This document shows positions 9,638 through 18,699 of a DNA stretch of 64,000 bases, one piece after another (position 1 is the stretch's first letter; the number at the start of each line of letters is the position of its first letter). The stretch comes from a virus (taxonomy: Duplodnaviria > Caudoviricetes), in IMG/VR virus record IMGVR_UViG_3300036985_004505, positions 785 through 64,784 of that record. One strand, written 5' to 3'. The position numbers were made by a program, and so were the translations under genes. Under the pieces are notes generated by a model. It saw nothing but the letters and a program-made list of their open reading frames with translations, was not told the DNA's origin and did not search any database.

Positions 9638-9877
9638 ATGCAACAAGAAATAACACCATTTTTTAAGGCACAAGAAATATTTTTAATGTTTTTTGAACAA
9701 ATACCCGATTACGTTGATAGGGTTACAGCAGAGGTAATTGCTAAAGAAAACGCACTAAACTCAGTAAGGTTAATGCTTGACGAACTTAACCCACGATGTT
9801 GGGGTAGCGAAATCGAAAAAGCGATAACAAGATACAATTATTATACAGAAGTAGAAGACCAATTACAATTATTATGA
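9638..9877 (+). CDS. hypothetical protein (paralog of 6947-7186)
   Basis: TPFFKAQEI...AKENALNSV...YYTEVEDQL. The likely start is ATG 9638. Confidence 0.6.
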   Translation: MQQEITPFFKAQEIFLMFFEQIPDYVDRVTAEVIAKENALNSVRLMLDELNPRCWGSEIEKAITRYNYYTEVEDQLQLL

Positions 9878-10134
9878 AAAAACCAAAACCAAAAACAAAA
9901 ATGTTTGGCAACCGCATTAAACTTATCCTAAAAGAAAAAGGAATGAGTCCACAAGAGTTAGCCGATTTAACCGAAACAACACCGAGTCATATTTCAAGGA
10001 TTATAAATGGGCAAAGGCGTTGTATAAGTTTACCTATCGCAATTAAAATTTCGTTAGCATTGAACACGCCAGTTGAGGAAGTGTTTATTTACAAAAAAGA
10101 AGTTTTAAGCAAAGAAGTGCTTGACGAAGAGTAG
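9874..10134 (+). CDS. XRE/Cro-family HTH transcriptional regulator
   Basis: GMSPQELADL...HISRIINGQR...AIKISLALNTPVEEVF. Confidence 0.88.
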   Translation: MKKPKPKTKMFGNRIKLILKEKGMSPQELADLTETTPSHISRIINGQRRCISLPIAIKISLALNTPVEEVFIYKKEVLSKEVLDEE

Positions 10135-10184
10135 TTAAAGTGCCTAAAATAAAGGTTTACAGCTATTGTTAATAAATATTATTG

Positions 10185-10192
10185 TACGTTTG
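10185..10192 (+). promoter_or_regulatory. Bacteroidota -7 promoter box
   Basis: TACGTTTG upstream of the exonuclease gene, with TGTTAATAA at 10167-10175. Confidence 0.55.
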
Positions 10193-10248
10193 TGCAATGT
10201 ATTAAAATAATAGTTATATTTACAAAACTAACATAAAAATATGCGAAA

Positions 10249-11334
10249 ATGGATTACAAAGAACTAAGAAAAAAAGGAATAAAAGAACTCAAAGCACAAG
10301 TAAAAGAATTGTACGTTGGGCACGCTGACTTAATAAAAGAAATTGTTGAGGGTAACACTAAACGACAAATTGTAAAAAACGCACTTGCCACATTAATTAT
10401 GGAAAAAGCGTATATGTATAACGAAAGCCAAGAATTAACGGCAACACAAACAACGACCATAGTTGATTATAGTAAACCCAAACCAGAAATAGAGTATGTT
10501 AAAGATACCTTTGAGGAATACCTCGGTAAAAAAACACATATATCTGCATCTAACATTAAAAACTTTTTACACTCACCACGCTATTATTATTATAAGGCTT
10601 TTGAGGAAGTAAGGCAACCAAATAAAGATAGCGAAAGACATTTTCCTATTGGTAGTGCGGTACACGAAGTAATATTAGAGCCTGAATTGTTTAAAAGCAA
10701 TTACGTTATTGCACCAAAGTTTGATATGCGTACAAAATTAGGCAAAGACTCTTACGCTGAATTTGTAGAAAACTCAAAAGGCAAAACAATTTTATTTGAG
10801 GACGAGTATGAAATGGCGATTAAAATGGGTTTAAGTGCAAGTGGTAACGATACATTTGTAGATTTAATTAAAGATAGCTACCGAGAATTAAGTTGCTATA
10901 CTATTGACGAAAAAACTGGGTTGCCTTTGCGTATGCGACCTGATAGTTTTTCTAAAACCAAAAGCACCATAACCGATATAAAAACGTGTAGGGAAAGTAG
11001 TCCAAGCAAGTTTAAATGGGATGTTAGGAGTTTTGGTTACGCAATTAGTTCCGCCTTTTATATGGACTTCTTAAAGCGTGAGAACTATGTATTTTGTGCC
11101 ATAGAAAAAGCACCCCCTTATGAAACCGCCCTATACGTTTTAGATGACGAAATGGTAGAGTATGGTCGTAGCCAATACCGAATGGCGTTAGATTTAATGA
11201 AGTGGTCTATGGATAATAATTATTGGTGTAGCTATAACGAGTTTGAGATACTAAAAGAGTGTTACGAACTTGGCAATTTAGATGAGTTTTTTGCAATTAA
11301 AAATGCAAGTGAAAAAATAACAATATTAAAGTAA
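10249..11334 (+). CDS. RecE/exonuclease VIII-like PD-(D/E)XK nuclease (DUF3799-like)
   Basis: ISASNIK, GSAVHEVILEP, RMRPD, DIKT, FCAIEKAPPY. Confidence 0.85.
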   Translation: MDYKELRKKGIKELKAQVKELYVGHADLIKEIVEGNTKRQIVKNALATLIMEKAYMYNESQELTATQTTTIVDYSKPKPEIEYVKDTFEEYLGKKTHISASNIKNFLHSPRYYYYKAFEEVRQPNKDSERHFPIGSAVHEVILEPELFKSNYVIAPKFDMRTKLGKDSYAEFVENSKGKTILFEDEYEMAIKMGLSASGNDTFVDLIKDSYRELSCYTIDEKTGLPLRMRPDSFSKTKSTITDIKTCRESSPSKFKWDVRSFGYAISSAFYMDFLKRENYVFCAIEKAPPYETALYVLDDEMVEYGRSQYRMALDLMKWSMDNNYWCSYNEFEILKECYELGNLDEFFAIKNASEKITILK

Positions 11335-11338
11335 TAAA

Positions 11339-11680
11339 ATGAGCGAGAAATTAGAATTAGTAAAAAAATGCACCTTTGCAAAAATGCCGAATTTAAGGCA
11401 ACACGATTGGGACGATATGTTAGAAAGTGATGGGTATGTTACTTTTTTAAGCGGTATAGAAAACGCAATGGATAGGCACTTATTAATGAATTATAAAAAA
11501 TTCCACCAATTCCTAAAAGGTAATTATAGGGAAAAAGCAAATGGTTATGACGAGTGGATTGATTTAAAAAGGGGTGTTATAGTAAGTACAGAACGTGTTT
11601 TATTAGCATACAACGAATACAATGCGTACAAAGAAAGGCAACCAAAACACTTTGAGGATGATGGTGCTTATGCCGATTAA
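11339..11680 (+). CDS. hypothetical protein
   Basis: 113 aa ORF. Confidence 0.6.
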   Translation: MSEKLELVKKCTFAKMPNLRQHDWDDMLESDGYVTFLSGIENAMDRHLLMNYKKFHQFLKGNYREKANGYDEWIDLKRGVIVSTERVLLAYNEYNAYKERQPKHFEDDGAYAD

Positions 11681-11699
11681 CGAATTAAAATATACAAAA

Positions 11700-11942
11700 A
11701 TGGAATTTGAAGAACAAATAACAGATGTAAAATTGGTGATAGATACAACACCAAGAGTTTATGTAAAATGGACTAATACCGAAGAAGGAAGAGATAATAG
11801 TGATTGTTATGAACGAATTGTAATTGGAGAAACTGTAATTTACATGAACACTTACAATAGAAATTCATCAGTTATTTGTGGTCATCCATTTTGGGATAAA
11901 CTTGAAAAGGTGTACAATGTTGCGTTGGCAAAGCAAACTTGA
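11700..11942 (+). CDS. hypothetical protein in a cassette-like insert
   Basis: Likely start ATG 11700, followed immediately by an attC-like palindrome. Confidence 0.55.
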   Translation: MEFEEQITDVKLVIDTTPRVYVKWTNTEEGRDNSDCYERIVIGETVIYMNTYNRNSSVICGHPFWDKLEKVYNVALAKQT

Positions 11943-11997
11943 AGCTAACGGACGAGTATTTGCGCTCGTTTTAATGGCGCAAATACTGTGTTAGCTT
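11942..11997. repeat. attC-like imperfect palindrome
   Basis: AAGCTAAC-ggacg-AGTATTTGCGC-loop-GCGCAAATACT-gt-GTTAGCTT. Confidence 0.6.
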
Positions 11998-12053
11998 TAG
12001 TTGCCTTGCGTAGGCTTTTGAAAATGAATATTAACAATTAAAAACAATAGAAA

Positions 12054-12227
12054 ATGTATAAAGTAGATTTAAAAACACTAAACGAAATAACGGCAACGCT
12101 TGACGCTTTCCTTGATAAAAGTTACTACGCACATACTGGTAGCGAAGTTATAAATGCGATAAAGTTAAGGGCAAAAGCAAGAAAATTAAGCCAAAAGATT
12201 AAAGACGAGTACACTAAAATAAAATAA
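12054..12227 (+). CDS. small hypothetical protein (57 aa, absent from the ORF track)
   Basis: MYKVDLKTLNEITATLDAF...EYTKIK* fills the intergenic gap and has an A-rich leader. Confidence 0.55.
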   Translation: MYKVDLKTLNEITATLDAFLDKSYYAHTGSEVINAIKLRAKARKLSQKIKDEYTKIK

Positions 12228-12248
12228 AAACCAAAAACAAAAATCAGT

Positions 12249-12878
12249 ATGAAAAAACCGCTAACAAATCAAGAGGCGAGGGTTGTGCAATACCTTGTTA
12301 ATCGCCAAAAAATCGCAACAGAAAACATTGCAAGGGTAACTGGAGGCACTTACAAGCAAGGTGCTAACCTATTATTAAGAATGGAAAAAGAGGGTACACT
12401 CGTAAAATTAAAAAGGGGCGTTTACTCTTTACGCAACAAGGAAACAATAGCCTTGCAATCAGAAATTAAGTTTAGAAAACCACGAGTTACTAAAGAAAAA
12501 AAACAAGTATCACCCGAAATTTTGGCAAGGCTAAAACGTATGCGTGATATTAGGGAAAGAAACCGCCAAGAACGTATAATACAAGCGGAAGAAAAAAAGC
12601 TGAATGCAAGTCGTACATTGGTAGGGTACAAACTTATCAAACAATACCCACACAGCCCTTATGAAATAGGTGATAATTTTGACACAATTGATAGTGGCGA
12701 TTATACCCTTTACGAAATGTACCCTGAATTGTGGCAACCAATTTACAAGGTTATAAAACCTGAACCAAAACCATTAACCGATGAGCAAAACGCTCTACTA
12801 AAAGAGGCAACTGAATATGTAGCGGTAGCGATGGGTTTAATTAAAAAAATTGAAAGTTTAAATAATACAAACAACTAA
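12249..12878 (+). CDS. putative winged-HTH DNA-binding protein
   Basis: N-terminal LTNQEARVVQYL...LLRMEKEGTLVKLKRGVY. Confidence 0.55.
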   Translation: MKKPLTNQEARVVQYLVNRQKIATENIARVTGGTYKQGANLLLRMEKEGTLVKLKRGVYSLRNKETIALQSEIKFRKPRVTKEKKQVSPEILARLKRMRDIRERNRQERIIQAEEKKLNASRTLVGYKLIKQYPHSPYEIGDNFDTIDSGDYTLYEMYPELWQPIYKVIKPEPKPLTDEQNALLKEATEYVAVAMGLIKKIESLNNTNN

Positions 12879-12890
12879 AAACAAAAAAAG

Positions 12891-13757
12891 ATGAACGTAG
12901 AACAAGAAGAAGGAGTGGTAATACAAGAAGTACAAGGTATGGACGTAGTTTACCAACAAGACAAAGCAACAATAGATATGCAAATATCTACCGCTAAAGC
13001 GTACCCACGCAACATTAAACGTGCTACCGAAAATAGCATAACAGTAGTAACAATGGATACCGATACGGCATCTACTTGTACCTATGCGGTTCCTCGTGGC
13101 GGAAAACAAATTACTGGTCCATCAATACATTTAGCAAAAATACTCGCACAATTTTGGGGTAACTTGCGTATTGAGGCAAAAGTAATTAATATTGATGCAA
13201 AGCATATTACGAGCCAAGCCGTTGCATACGACCTTGAAAATAACCTTGCAATTAAGGTTGAAGTAAAGCGTAGTATTACGGGAAAGTATGGTAGGTTTAA
13301 TGACGATATGATTACCGTGACTGGCAACGCTGGAAATAGTATTGCTATGCGTAATGCTATTTTATCGGTTATACCAAGAGCGGTTGTTGATAAGGTTTAT
13401 AACGAGGCAAAGAAAACCATAACTGGTGATATTAGCGATGCCACTAAATTAATGGCTAAACGTAAAAAGGTTTTAGACCAATTTAAAGACGTTTACAATG
13501 TTACGGAGGCTGAGGTATTAAAATCTATTGGCAAAGCATCTATAGACCATATAGACGCCGACAACCTTGTAACCTTAATTGGTATTGGTCAGGCTATTAA
13601 AGATGGAGATACAACCATTGAGGAGGCTTTTAAAAGTAAGGTTAAGGATAAAACCACAACCGCAACGGCAACGGCTAACGTAGAGCCAATAGAAATTAAA
13701 GAAACCCAAGCGTTAAAGGATAAGAAAAAACCCAATAGCGAGTTGCCACTTAACTAA
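12891..13757 (+). CDS. putative ssDNA-annealing recombinase
   Basis: AKAYPRN...YAVPRGGKQITGPSIHLA..LAQFWGN motif, lying near the RecE-like nuclease. The function is inferred. Confidence 0.55.
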   Translation: MNVEQEEGVVIQEVQGMDVVYQQDKATIDMQISTAKAYPRNIKRATENSITVVTMDTDTASTCTYAVPRGGKQITGPSIHLAKILAQFWGNLRIEAKVINIDAKHITSQAVAYDLENNLAIKVEVKRSITGKYGRFNDDMITVTGNAGNSIAMRNAILSVIPRAVVDKVYNEAKKTITGDISDATKLMAKRKKVLDQFKDVYNVTEAEVLKSIGKASIDHIDADNLVTLIGIGQAIKDGDTTIEEAFKSKVKDKTTTATATANVEPIEIKETQALKDKKKPNSELPLN

Positions 13758-13765
13758 CAAAATTT

Positions 13766-13802
13766 AGGGTGTGTCTTATCAACTTAAGATGCACCCTTTT
13801 TT
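13766..13802 (+). terminator. intrinsic terminator
   Basis: AGGGTGTGTCTT-loop-AAGATGCACCCT followed by a T-run. Confidence 0.75.
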
Positions 13803-13814
13803 AAAACAAGACTA

Positions 13815-14111
13815 ATGAAAAAATTACAGATTATAGCACTATTTACCCTTACAATAGGGTGGTTTCCTTTTATGTGGATAGCAGTTTGGGGTAGTTGGAA
13901 TAGAGAATATGCAGTATGGATATTGTGTTTAGGTATAATCCTATGTATATCCTCTGCACTTATCTTGGCACAAGTATTAACTCAAAAAGCATTATGGCTT
14001 AACCAAGAGGAACTTGATAAAGAAATAGAAAAGTTTAGAAATGCCAAAGCAAAGTATGAAAAGGCTACTCTTGAACTTGTAAAAATGCAACAACTAAACA
14101 AACAAGACTAA
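13815..14111 (+). CDS. small membrane protein
   Basis: Two hydrophobic segments, ends LNKQD. Confidence 0.65.
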   Translation: MKKLQIIALFTLTIGWFPFMWIAVWGSWNREYAVWILCLGIILCISSALILAQVLTQKALWLNQEELDKEIEKFRNAKAKYEKATLELVKMQQLNKQD

Positions 14112-14112
14112 T

Positions 14113-14370
14113 ATGAAAACAAAAGAAGAAATAGAACAGTTAGCTAATGAATATGCAAAGCAATTTGATTATGCAGAAGATAGCAGTCCATTTTTGGATT
14201 ATATTGAAGGCTATGAACAATGCCAAGAAGATATGGCTGATAAGAAATATACTTTAGAAGATATGTTTAAAGTATGGTTAAGATGTAGAATTCATAGCGA
14301 TGAACAACAATTATCTTATGAAAAAGAATTATTTAATAATTTTATCAACTCACTAAACAAACAAAACTAA
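14113..14370 (+). CDS. hypothetical protein
   Basis: Shares CxxDMADKKYT and INSLNKQ with 14823-15083. Confidence 0.65.
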   Translation: MKTKEEIEQLANEYAKQFDYAEDSSPFLDYIEGYEQCQEDMADKKYTLEDMFKVWLRCRIHSDEQQLSYEKELFNNFINSLNKQN

Positions 14371-14371
14371 T

Positions 14372-14581
14372 ATGAAACTAAAAAATGTAGTTAATACTCA
14401 AAAAGCATTAGCAAATTTAAAAGATGCTATTGAATTAGAAATGTGTCATCTTGATATTGCTGAAAGGTCAGAATATATAGAGTATTTTGAAGAAATTGAA
14501 AAGGCAATAATTGTTGTTCAAGATAAATTTTTCAGAGATTGGATTTACAATAACCAATTAACTAAAAACAAACAAGACTAA
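14372..14581 (+). CDS. hypothetical protein
   Basis: Bounded by junction repeats, ends NKQD. Confidence 0.6.
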   Translation: MKLKNVVNTQKALANLKDAIELEMCHLDIAERSEYIEYFEEIEKAIIVVQDKFFRDWIYNNQLTKNKQD

Positions 14582-14582
14582 T

Positions 14583-14816
14583 ATGGAAAATACAAGAAAA
14601 ATACAATTAGAAAATGCAGGAGTAATTGAAGTTTTTGAAGTGCTTAATAAAACAGGTGCTGAAACTGGTGATTTAATATTTGACCAAACAGAAACTAAAT
14701 TTCATCCTGTTTACAGATTAGGAAATACAAATATCTGTTTTGAGGAATATTTTCAAGCTAATATTCACAAAGTAGTAGGCTCATCTCGACTAAAAGATAA
14801 TTTACCCTTTAAATAA
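14583..14816 (+). CDS. hypothetical protein
   Basis: 77 aa, starts within a junction repeat. Confidence 0.6.
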   Translation: MENTRKIQLENAGVIEVFEVLNKTGAETGDLIFDQTETKFHPVYRLGNTNICFEEYFQANIHKVVGSSRLKDNLPFK

Positions 14817-14822
14817 AACAAT

Positions 14823-15083
14823 ATGACAACAGATAGAATTAAAGAAATACAAGAAAAAACTGCATATCCAAATAGTGTAAGTGTTCAACAAGCCTTATTG
14901 CAAGTATGGAATGAATGTGAGCAAGATATGGCTGATAAGAAATACACAGAGGAAGATATTAGAAAAGTTATTGATGAAACAATAAAGGCTTGTAACATTT
15001 CTCAAAAGGAATTTTATGGAGATTTAGAAATTGATACTGATAAAATTATTAACTCACTAAACAAACAAGACAATGAAAAATAA
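14823..15083 (+). CDS. hypothetical protein
   Basis: Shares a paralogous segment with 14113-14370. Confidence 0.6.
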   Translation: MTTDRIKEIQEKTAYPNSVSVQQALLQVWNECEQDMADKKYTEEDIRKVIDETIKACNISQKEFYGDLEIDTDKIINSLNKQDNEK

Positions 15084-15261
15084 AATTTTAGCACTATTGA
15101 TTTCTTTAGGTAGCATATCGCTATTCTTAGGGTTGTTTCTGTTACTAATTATCTTTCCTGAAATGTGTGGGTATTATGCTGGTGCATCTATGCTTTTTTT
15201 AATATATCAAGGTTATAAATTTTGGCTACAAAAACTAAATCGTAAAAATAAAAAAGACTAA
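15073..15261 (+). CDS. small membrane protein
   Basis: Two hydrophobic helices. Confidence 0.6.
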   Translation: MKNKILALLISLGSISLFLGLFLLLIIFPEMCGYYAGASMLFLIYQGYKFWLQKLNRKNKKD

Positions 15262-15262
15262 T

Positions 15263-15409
15263 ATGAGAAAGATAATGTACTATGCTTGGATAGGTTTCTG
15301 GATAACACTTGGGTTGCCTATTGTTATGCTTATAATTGTAGCAATATGGTTTCAAGATAAATGGCATAAATTAAATTGTAAAAAATGTAAACTAAACAAA
15401 CAAGACTAA
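15263..15409 (+). CDS. small membrane protein (48 aa, absent from the ORF track)
   Basis: MRKIMYYAWIGFWITLGLPIVMLIIVAIWF...LNKQD*, bounded by junction repeats. Confidence 0.6.
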   Translation: MRKIMYYAWIGFWITLGLPIVMLIIVAIWFQDKWHKLNCKKCKLNKQD

Positions 15410-15410
15410 T

Positions 15411-15665
15411 ATGAAAAACCACACAAAAGTTTATATGCAACATTTTAATTATGCTGGTGACGAGTTTATACCTTGCGAATGTTGTAGTGCAAAGGCGGTA
15501 GATATACACCATATACACGCAAGGGGGATGGGCGGTAGCAAAAGTAAAGACGATATAGAAAACTTAATGGCGGTTTGTAGAACGTGCCACACAAAATATG
15601 GGGATGCACCCCAACATTTAGATTACCTCATAAAAAGACATAAAATAGCTTTAAATAAAATATGA
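15411..15665 (+). CDS. HNH endonuclease
   Basis: CECC...DIHHI..RGMGG...NLMAVCRTCH. Confidence 0.85.
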   Translation: MKNHTKVYMQHFNYAGDEFIPCECCSAKAVDIHHIHARGMGGSKSKDDIENLMAVCRTCHTKYGDAPQHLDYLIKRHKIALNKI

Positions 15666-15976
15666 TGGAAAACATAGTAGAAATTAACAACTGCAAACAT
15701 TATTTAATCAACCAAGATGGTAGTAACAAACCATATTTTTTTGATACCGCATTTATGGTAGAGCGTGATTACGATATTAACCACCCTTTTGGTGAAGTGT
15801 ACCGCCCAAAACACGTTATAGACACTCCAATACGTTTTGTAAGGCAAATGGACAATAGTGCGTTTATATTTAAAACAACCGAGTGGAACGTACAAGGAAA
15901 CCCCTTTGCGTTTAAAAAATATACAGAGGAGTTTTATGTACTAAAAAAAATATTAAAAGTAATATTCAATGGCTAA
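15662..15976 (+). CDS. hypothetical protein
   Basis: 104 aa, overlaps both neighbours. Confidence 0.6.
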   Translation: MMENIVEINNCKHYLINQDGSNKPYFFDTAFMVERDYDINHPFGEVYRPKHVIDTPIRFVRQMDNSAFIFKTTEWNVQGNPFAFKKYTEEFYVLKKILKVIFNG

Positions 15977-16463
15977 AAGGGTTCAAAATAGTTTGGGGCA
16001 AGTAGTTGTAAACGATGGCTCGGTGCTTAATATACCAACTACAAAATATGAACTTGACAATACGAGGGCGTACATTATTTTTGATGTCGTGCCAATGGGT
16101 GCGGTAAGAATGACAAAAAGTGATACTTGGAAACTTAACCCAAACCACACAGACCCAAACAAACGCCAACGCCCAGCGGTAACAAAATATTTTGCTTTTA
16201 AAACCTTGTTGCAATTACAAGCTAAAAGCATTAATTTTACGCTCGGGAAGTGTATTGATGCAGTTTACCTTGTACCAATGCCTGATAGTTGGAGTAAAAA
16301 GAAAAAAGATAGTATGAATGGTATGCCTTGCGAAACAAAACCCGACACCGATAATATTACCAAAGCCGTTAAAGACACATTGCGTAAAGAAGATGGTGAT
16401 ATTTGGTGGGAAAAAGCCGAAAAACGATGGGCGTACAAGGGTAGTATAATAATTTTTAAATAA
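15969..16463 (+). CDS. rusA: RusA-family Holliday junction resolvase
   Basis: PMPDSWSKKKK...KPDTDNITKAVKD.L..ED. Confidence 0.85.
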   Translation: MAKRVQNSLGQVVVNDGSVLNIPTTKYELDNTRAYIIFDVVPMGAVRMTKSDTWKLNPNHTDPNKRQRPAVTKYFAFKTLLQLQAKSINFTLGKCIDAVYLVPMPDSWSKKKKDSMNGMPCETKPDTDNITKAVKDTLRKEDGDIWWEKAEKRWAYKGSIIIFK

Positions 16464-16482
16464 CAACAAAAAACAAATAAGT

Positions 16483-16740
16483 ATGGAATATACAGATTAC
16501 AAAAAAATAGAAAAAGAAGTTTTACAATTTAAAACAAAGTACACTAATGGTTTTATTGGTTCTGAAATTACAGAACTTTTAGAAAAACTCAACATTAACG
16601 AAAAAAGGTTCAACAAGGCTATGGGTGTAAACACTTGTATAATTATTGATGGGCAAATTATAACTTACCACACAGACATTATTAAAGGTATTGTATGTGC
16701 CATTGAAGATAGGGGGCAAAACATACTTGAGTGGGATTAA
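16483..16740 (+). CDS. hypothetical protein
   Basis: 85 aa ORF starting in a junction repeat. Confidence 0.65.
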   Translation: MEYTDYKKIEKEVLQFKTKYTNGFIGSEITELLEKLNINEKRFNKAMGVNTCIIIDGQIITYHTDIIKGIVCAIEDRGQNILEWD

Positions 16741-17040
16741 AAACTAACCAATAAAAACAAATAAGTATGAAAGTGCCAAGAAAACTTAAAAAGAAAGCCA
16801 AAAGAAGTTTAGAACTTGCTTACAAATGTAAGATAACAATAAGGCTGGTTAGTGTTGAAAATGGGATTAGACATTGGGAGTATAAAGAAATTAAAAATTT
16901 TAAAAACAAATAAGTATGAAACAGAATGATATTTTAGGTTGTATAATGTTGCTATCAATAGCATTTATGGGATTTGCCGTAGCGGTCATATACACAATTT
17001 TTGATTATTTGAAAGACAAAATCAATAAAAACAAATAACT

Positions 17041-17301
17041 ATGGAAAAAAACAAAGACAATGGTTGTATTAAAATGTTAGTAAGCCTTATTGAGTCACAT
17101 AAAAAAGTTAAATCTTGGAATGTGGATAACGACAACAACACACTTGTAATTAAGTTAGAAGAAGAACTTGGGGTTTATGATATTGACGTTTTCAATCACT
17201 TTTTAGGCGACCTAAACGAAGAAGATGTGTTTGAAACTAACGCTAAATTTGACCACAAAAAAGATTATACAACCATTTTTACTAAACTAAAAAACAAATA
17301 G
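17041..17301 (+). CDS. hypothetical protein
   Basis: 86 aa ORF bounded by junction repeats. Confidence 0.6.
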   Translation: MEKNKDNGCIKMLVSLIESHKKVKSWNVDNDNNTLVIKLEEELGVYDIDVFNHFLGDLNEEDVFETNAKFDHKKDYTTIFTKLKNK

Positions 17302-17639
17302 GTATGGACAGTGTAGAAAAAATAAAGTTTCTTCCTATGGGCGTAAAATACCTAAAGAAAAAGAAAAAGAATAAAACCAAAAAAAAGAAAATGCCTAAAA
17401 TTTTTTATGGCTATAATACAAATAAATAACCAGTTATAACCAGTTACTTTTAACCAATAAAAACAAATAATTATGGACACAACAATTTTACAAGAATTTA
17501 TAGTAGAATTAAAACAAATTGAGGGTAATATGAATAACTCAGCCTTTGTGCCATCTTTGAGAAAAGACCAAGTGTGGATAATAAATGAAATTATAAAAAT
17601 GGCAGAACAAAAAGTATTAACAACTAAAAAAAAATAAAA

Positions 17640-17831
17640 ATGGAAAACATAGAATATTATATGGTACACGTTGTCGGTAAACAAAGCCCTATTAAATTAC
17701 ATAGTAACCAATTATCAGCAGAATTAGAGGCTGAAAGACTTGCAAAGTCAGAAAGAAGGGAAGTGATTGTATTTAAAGCAATATCAAAATTTGAACTAAA
17801 AGATGTAATAAGAATAGATTTAACAAAATAA
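17640..17831 (+). CDS. hypothetical protein
   Basis: 63 aa with a H....AELEAERLA motif. Confidence 0.65.
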   Translation: MENIEYYMVHVVGKQSPIKLHSNQLSAELEAERLAKSERREVIVFKAISKFELKDVIRIDLTK

Positions 17832-17833
17832 AT

Positions 17834-18127
17834 ATGAAAGAAACGATTTACATTAGTGGTAAAATTACTGGGCTTGACTTTAACGATGCCTACAAAACAT
17901 TTTTGGACGCACAAATTAAATACGAAAGTGTTGGCTTTGAGGTTATAAACCCTATGCGTATAAACCACGACCACGATGGTAGTTGGGAAAGCTATATGAG
18001 GGCAGATTTAAAGGCTATGATGGGTTGTACACATATTTATATGCTAAAGGGTTGGCATACGAGTAGAGGGGCTAATATAGAGTATAATTTAGCAAGGGAA
18101 TTAAATTTAATTGTAGTGTTTGAATAA
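17834..18127 (+). CDS. DUF4406 (nucleoside deoxyribosyltransferase-like) protein
   Basis: IYISGKITG...VINP...YMRADL..M..C..IYMLKGW..SRGANIE. Confidence 0.85.
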   Translation: MKETIYISGKITGLDFNDAYKTFLDAQIKYESVGFEVINPMRINHDHDGSWESYMRADLKAMMGCTHIYMLKGWHTSRGANIEYNLARELNLIVVFE

Positions 18128-18275
18128 AATGCAATGCGACTCAATGCCTAAAGTTAATATGCGAAGAAGAAGTATGTCAGCGACTTTTGGTGTTGTAAAT
18201 TCTATGAAACCACTCCTTTTAATACTTTCGGGTGGCGGAGAAAACGGTCAAATTGCTAAATTATAAATAAAGAAT

Positions 18276-18593
18276 ATGAGCACAAGTAACAAACATTTAT
18301 ACCATTGCCTTGATGTAATGAAAGCCGACAACAATTTATCGGAGGAAACTAAAATTATAATGTTCGTAGAGTACGCAAGGTTAGTCGTTGCAGAAACAGT
18401 GCCTACGAATTGGGTAAAGTATAATTGGAATGATGTTGAAAGCCGACCAAAAGAATATGGTAGATATGAAGTTTACCGCAAAAGTTGTAAAAAGCAACAC
18501 TATGAAGTTTGGAATGGTATGGGTTGGGCATCTAATAATAACGACATTACCCACTACCGACAAATTAAACCCCCAAGAACCGAATTGTACTAA
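18276..18593 (+). CDS. hypothetical protein (DUF551-like C-terminus)
   Basis: NWVK...RPKEYGRY...WNG..W...ITHY. Confidence 0.55.
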   Translation: MSTSNKHLYHCLDVMKADNNLSEETKIIMFVEYARLVVAETVPTNWVKYNWNDVESRPKEYGRYEVYRKSCKKQHYEVWNGMGWASNNNDITHYRQIKPPRTELY

Positions 18594-18674
18594 AACAAAT
18601 GAATTAAATATTTGCACAAATATACAAGTGTAGAAATAATTTAATTTTCAGTTGTTTATCATTTAAAAGTTTTA

Positions 18675-18682
18675 TACCTTTG
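18675..18682 (+). promoter_or_regulatory. Bacteroidota -7 promoter box
   Basis: TACCTTTG ending 18 nt before the ATG at 18700. Confidence 0.6.
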
Positions 18683-18699
18683 GTTTTTAAAAAAATTGA

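Larger units (their letters stand above)
13803..15413 (+). repeat. direct repeat CTAAACAAACAAGACTAATATG at successive gene junctions
   Basis: Exact copies at 14094-14115 and 15392-15413. Variants at about 13803, 14353, 14564, 15057 and 15251. Confidence 0.85.
16469..17475 (+). repeat. direct repeat AAAAACAAATAAGTATG at successive micro-gene junctions
   Basis: Exact copies at 16469-16485, 16753-16769 and 16902-16918. One-mismatch copies at 17027, 17290 and 17459. Confidence 0.75.

Noticed and set aside
13803-17475. Junction repeats as a CRISPR array
   Set aside because: The intervals are 120-500 bp, variable and protein-coding. The repeats are non-palindromic and no cas genes are visible.
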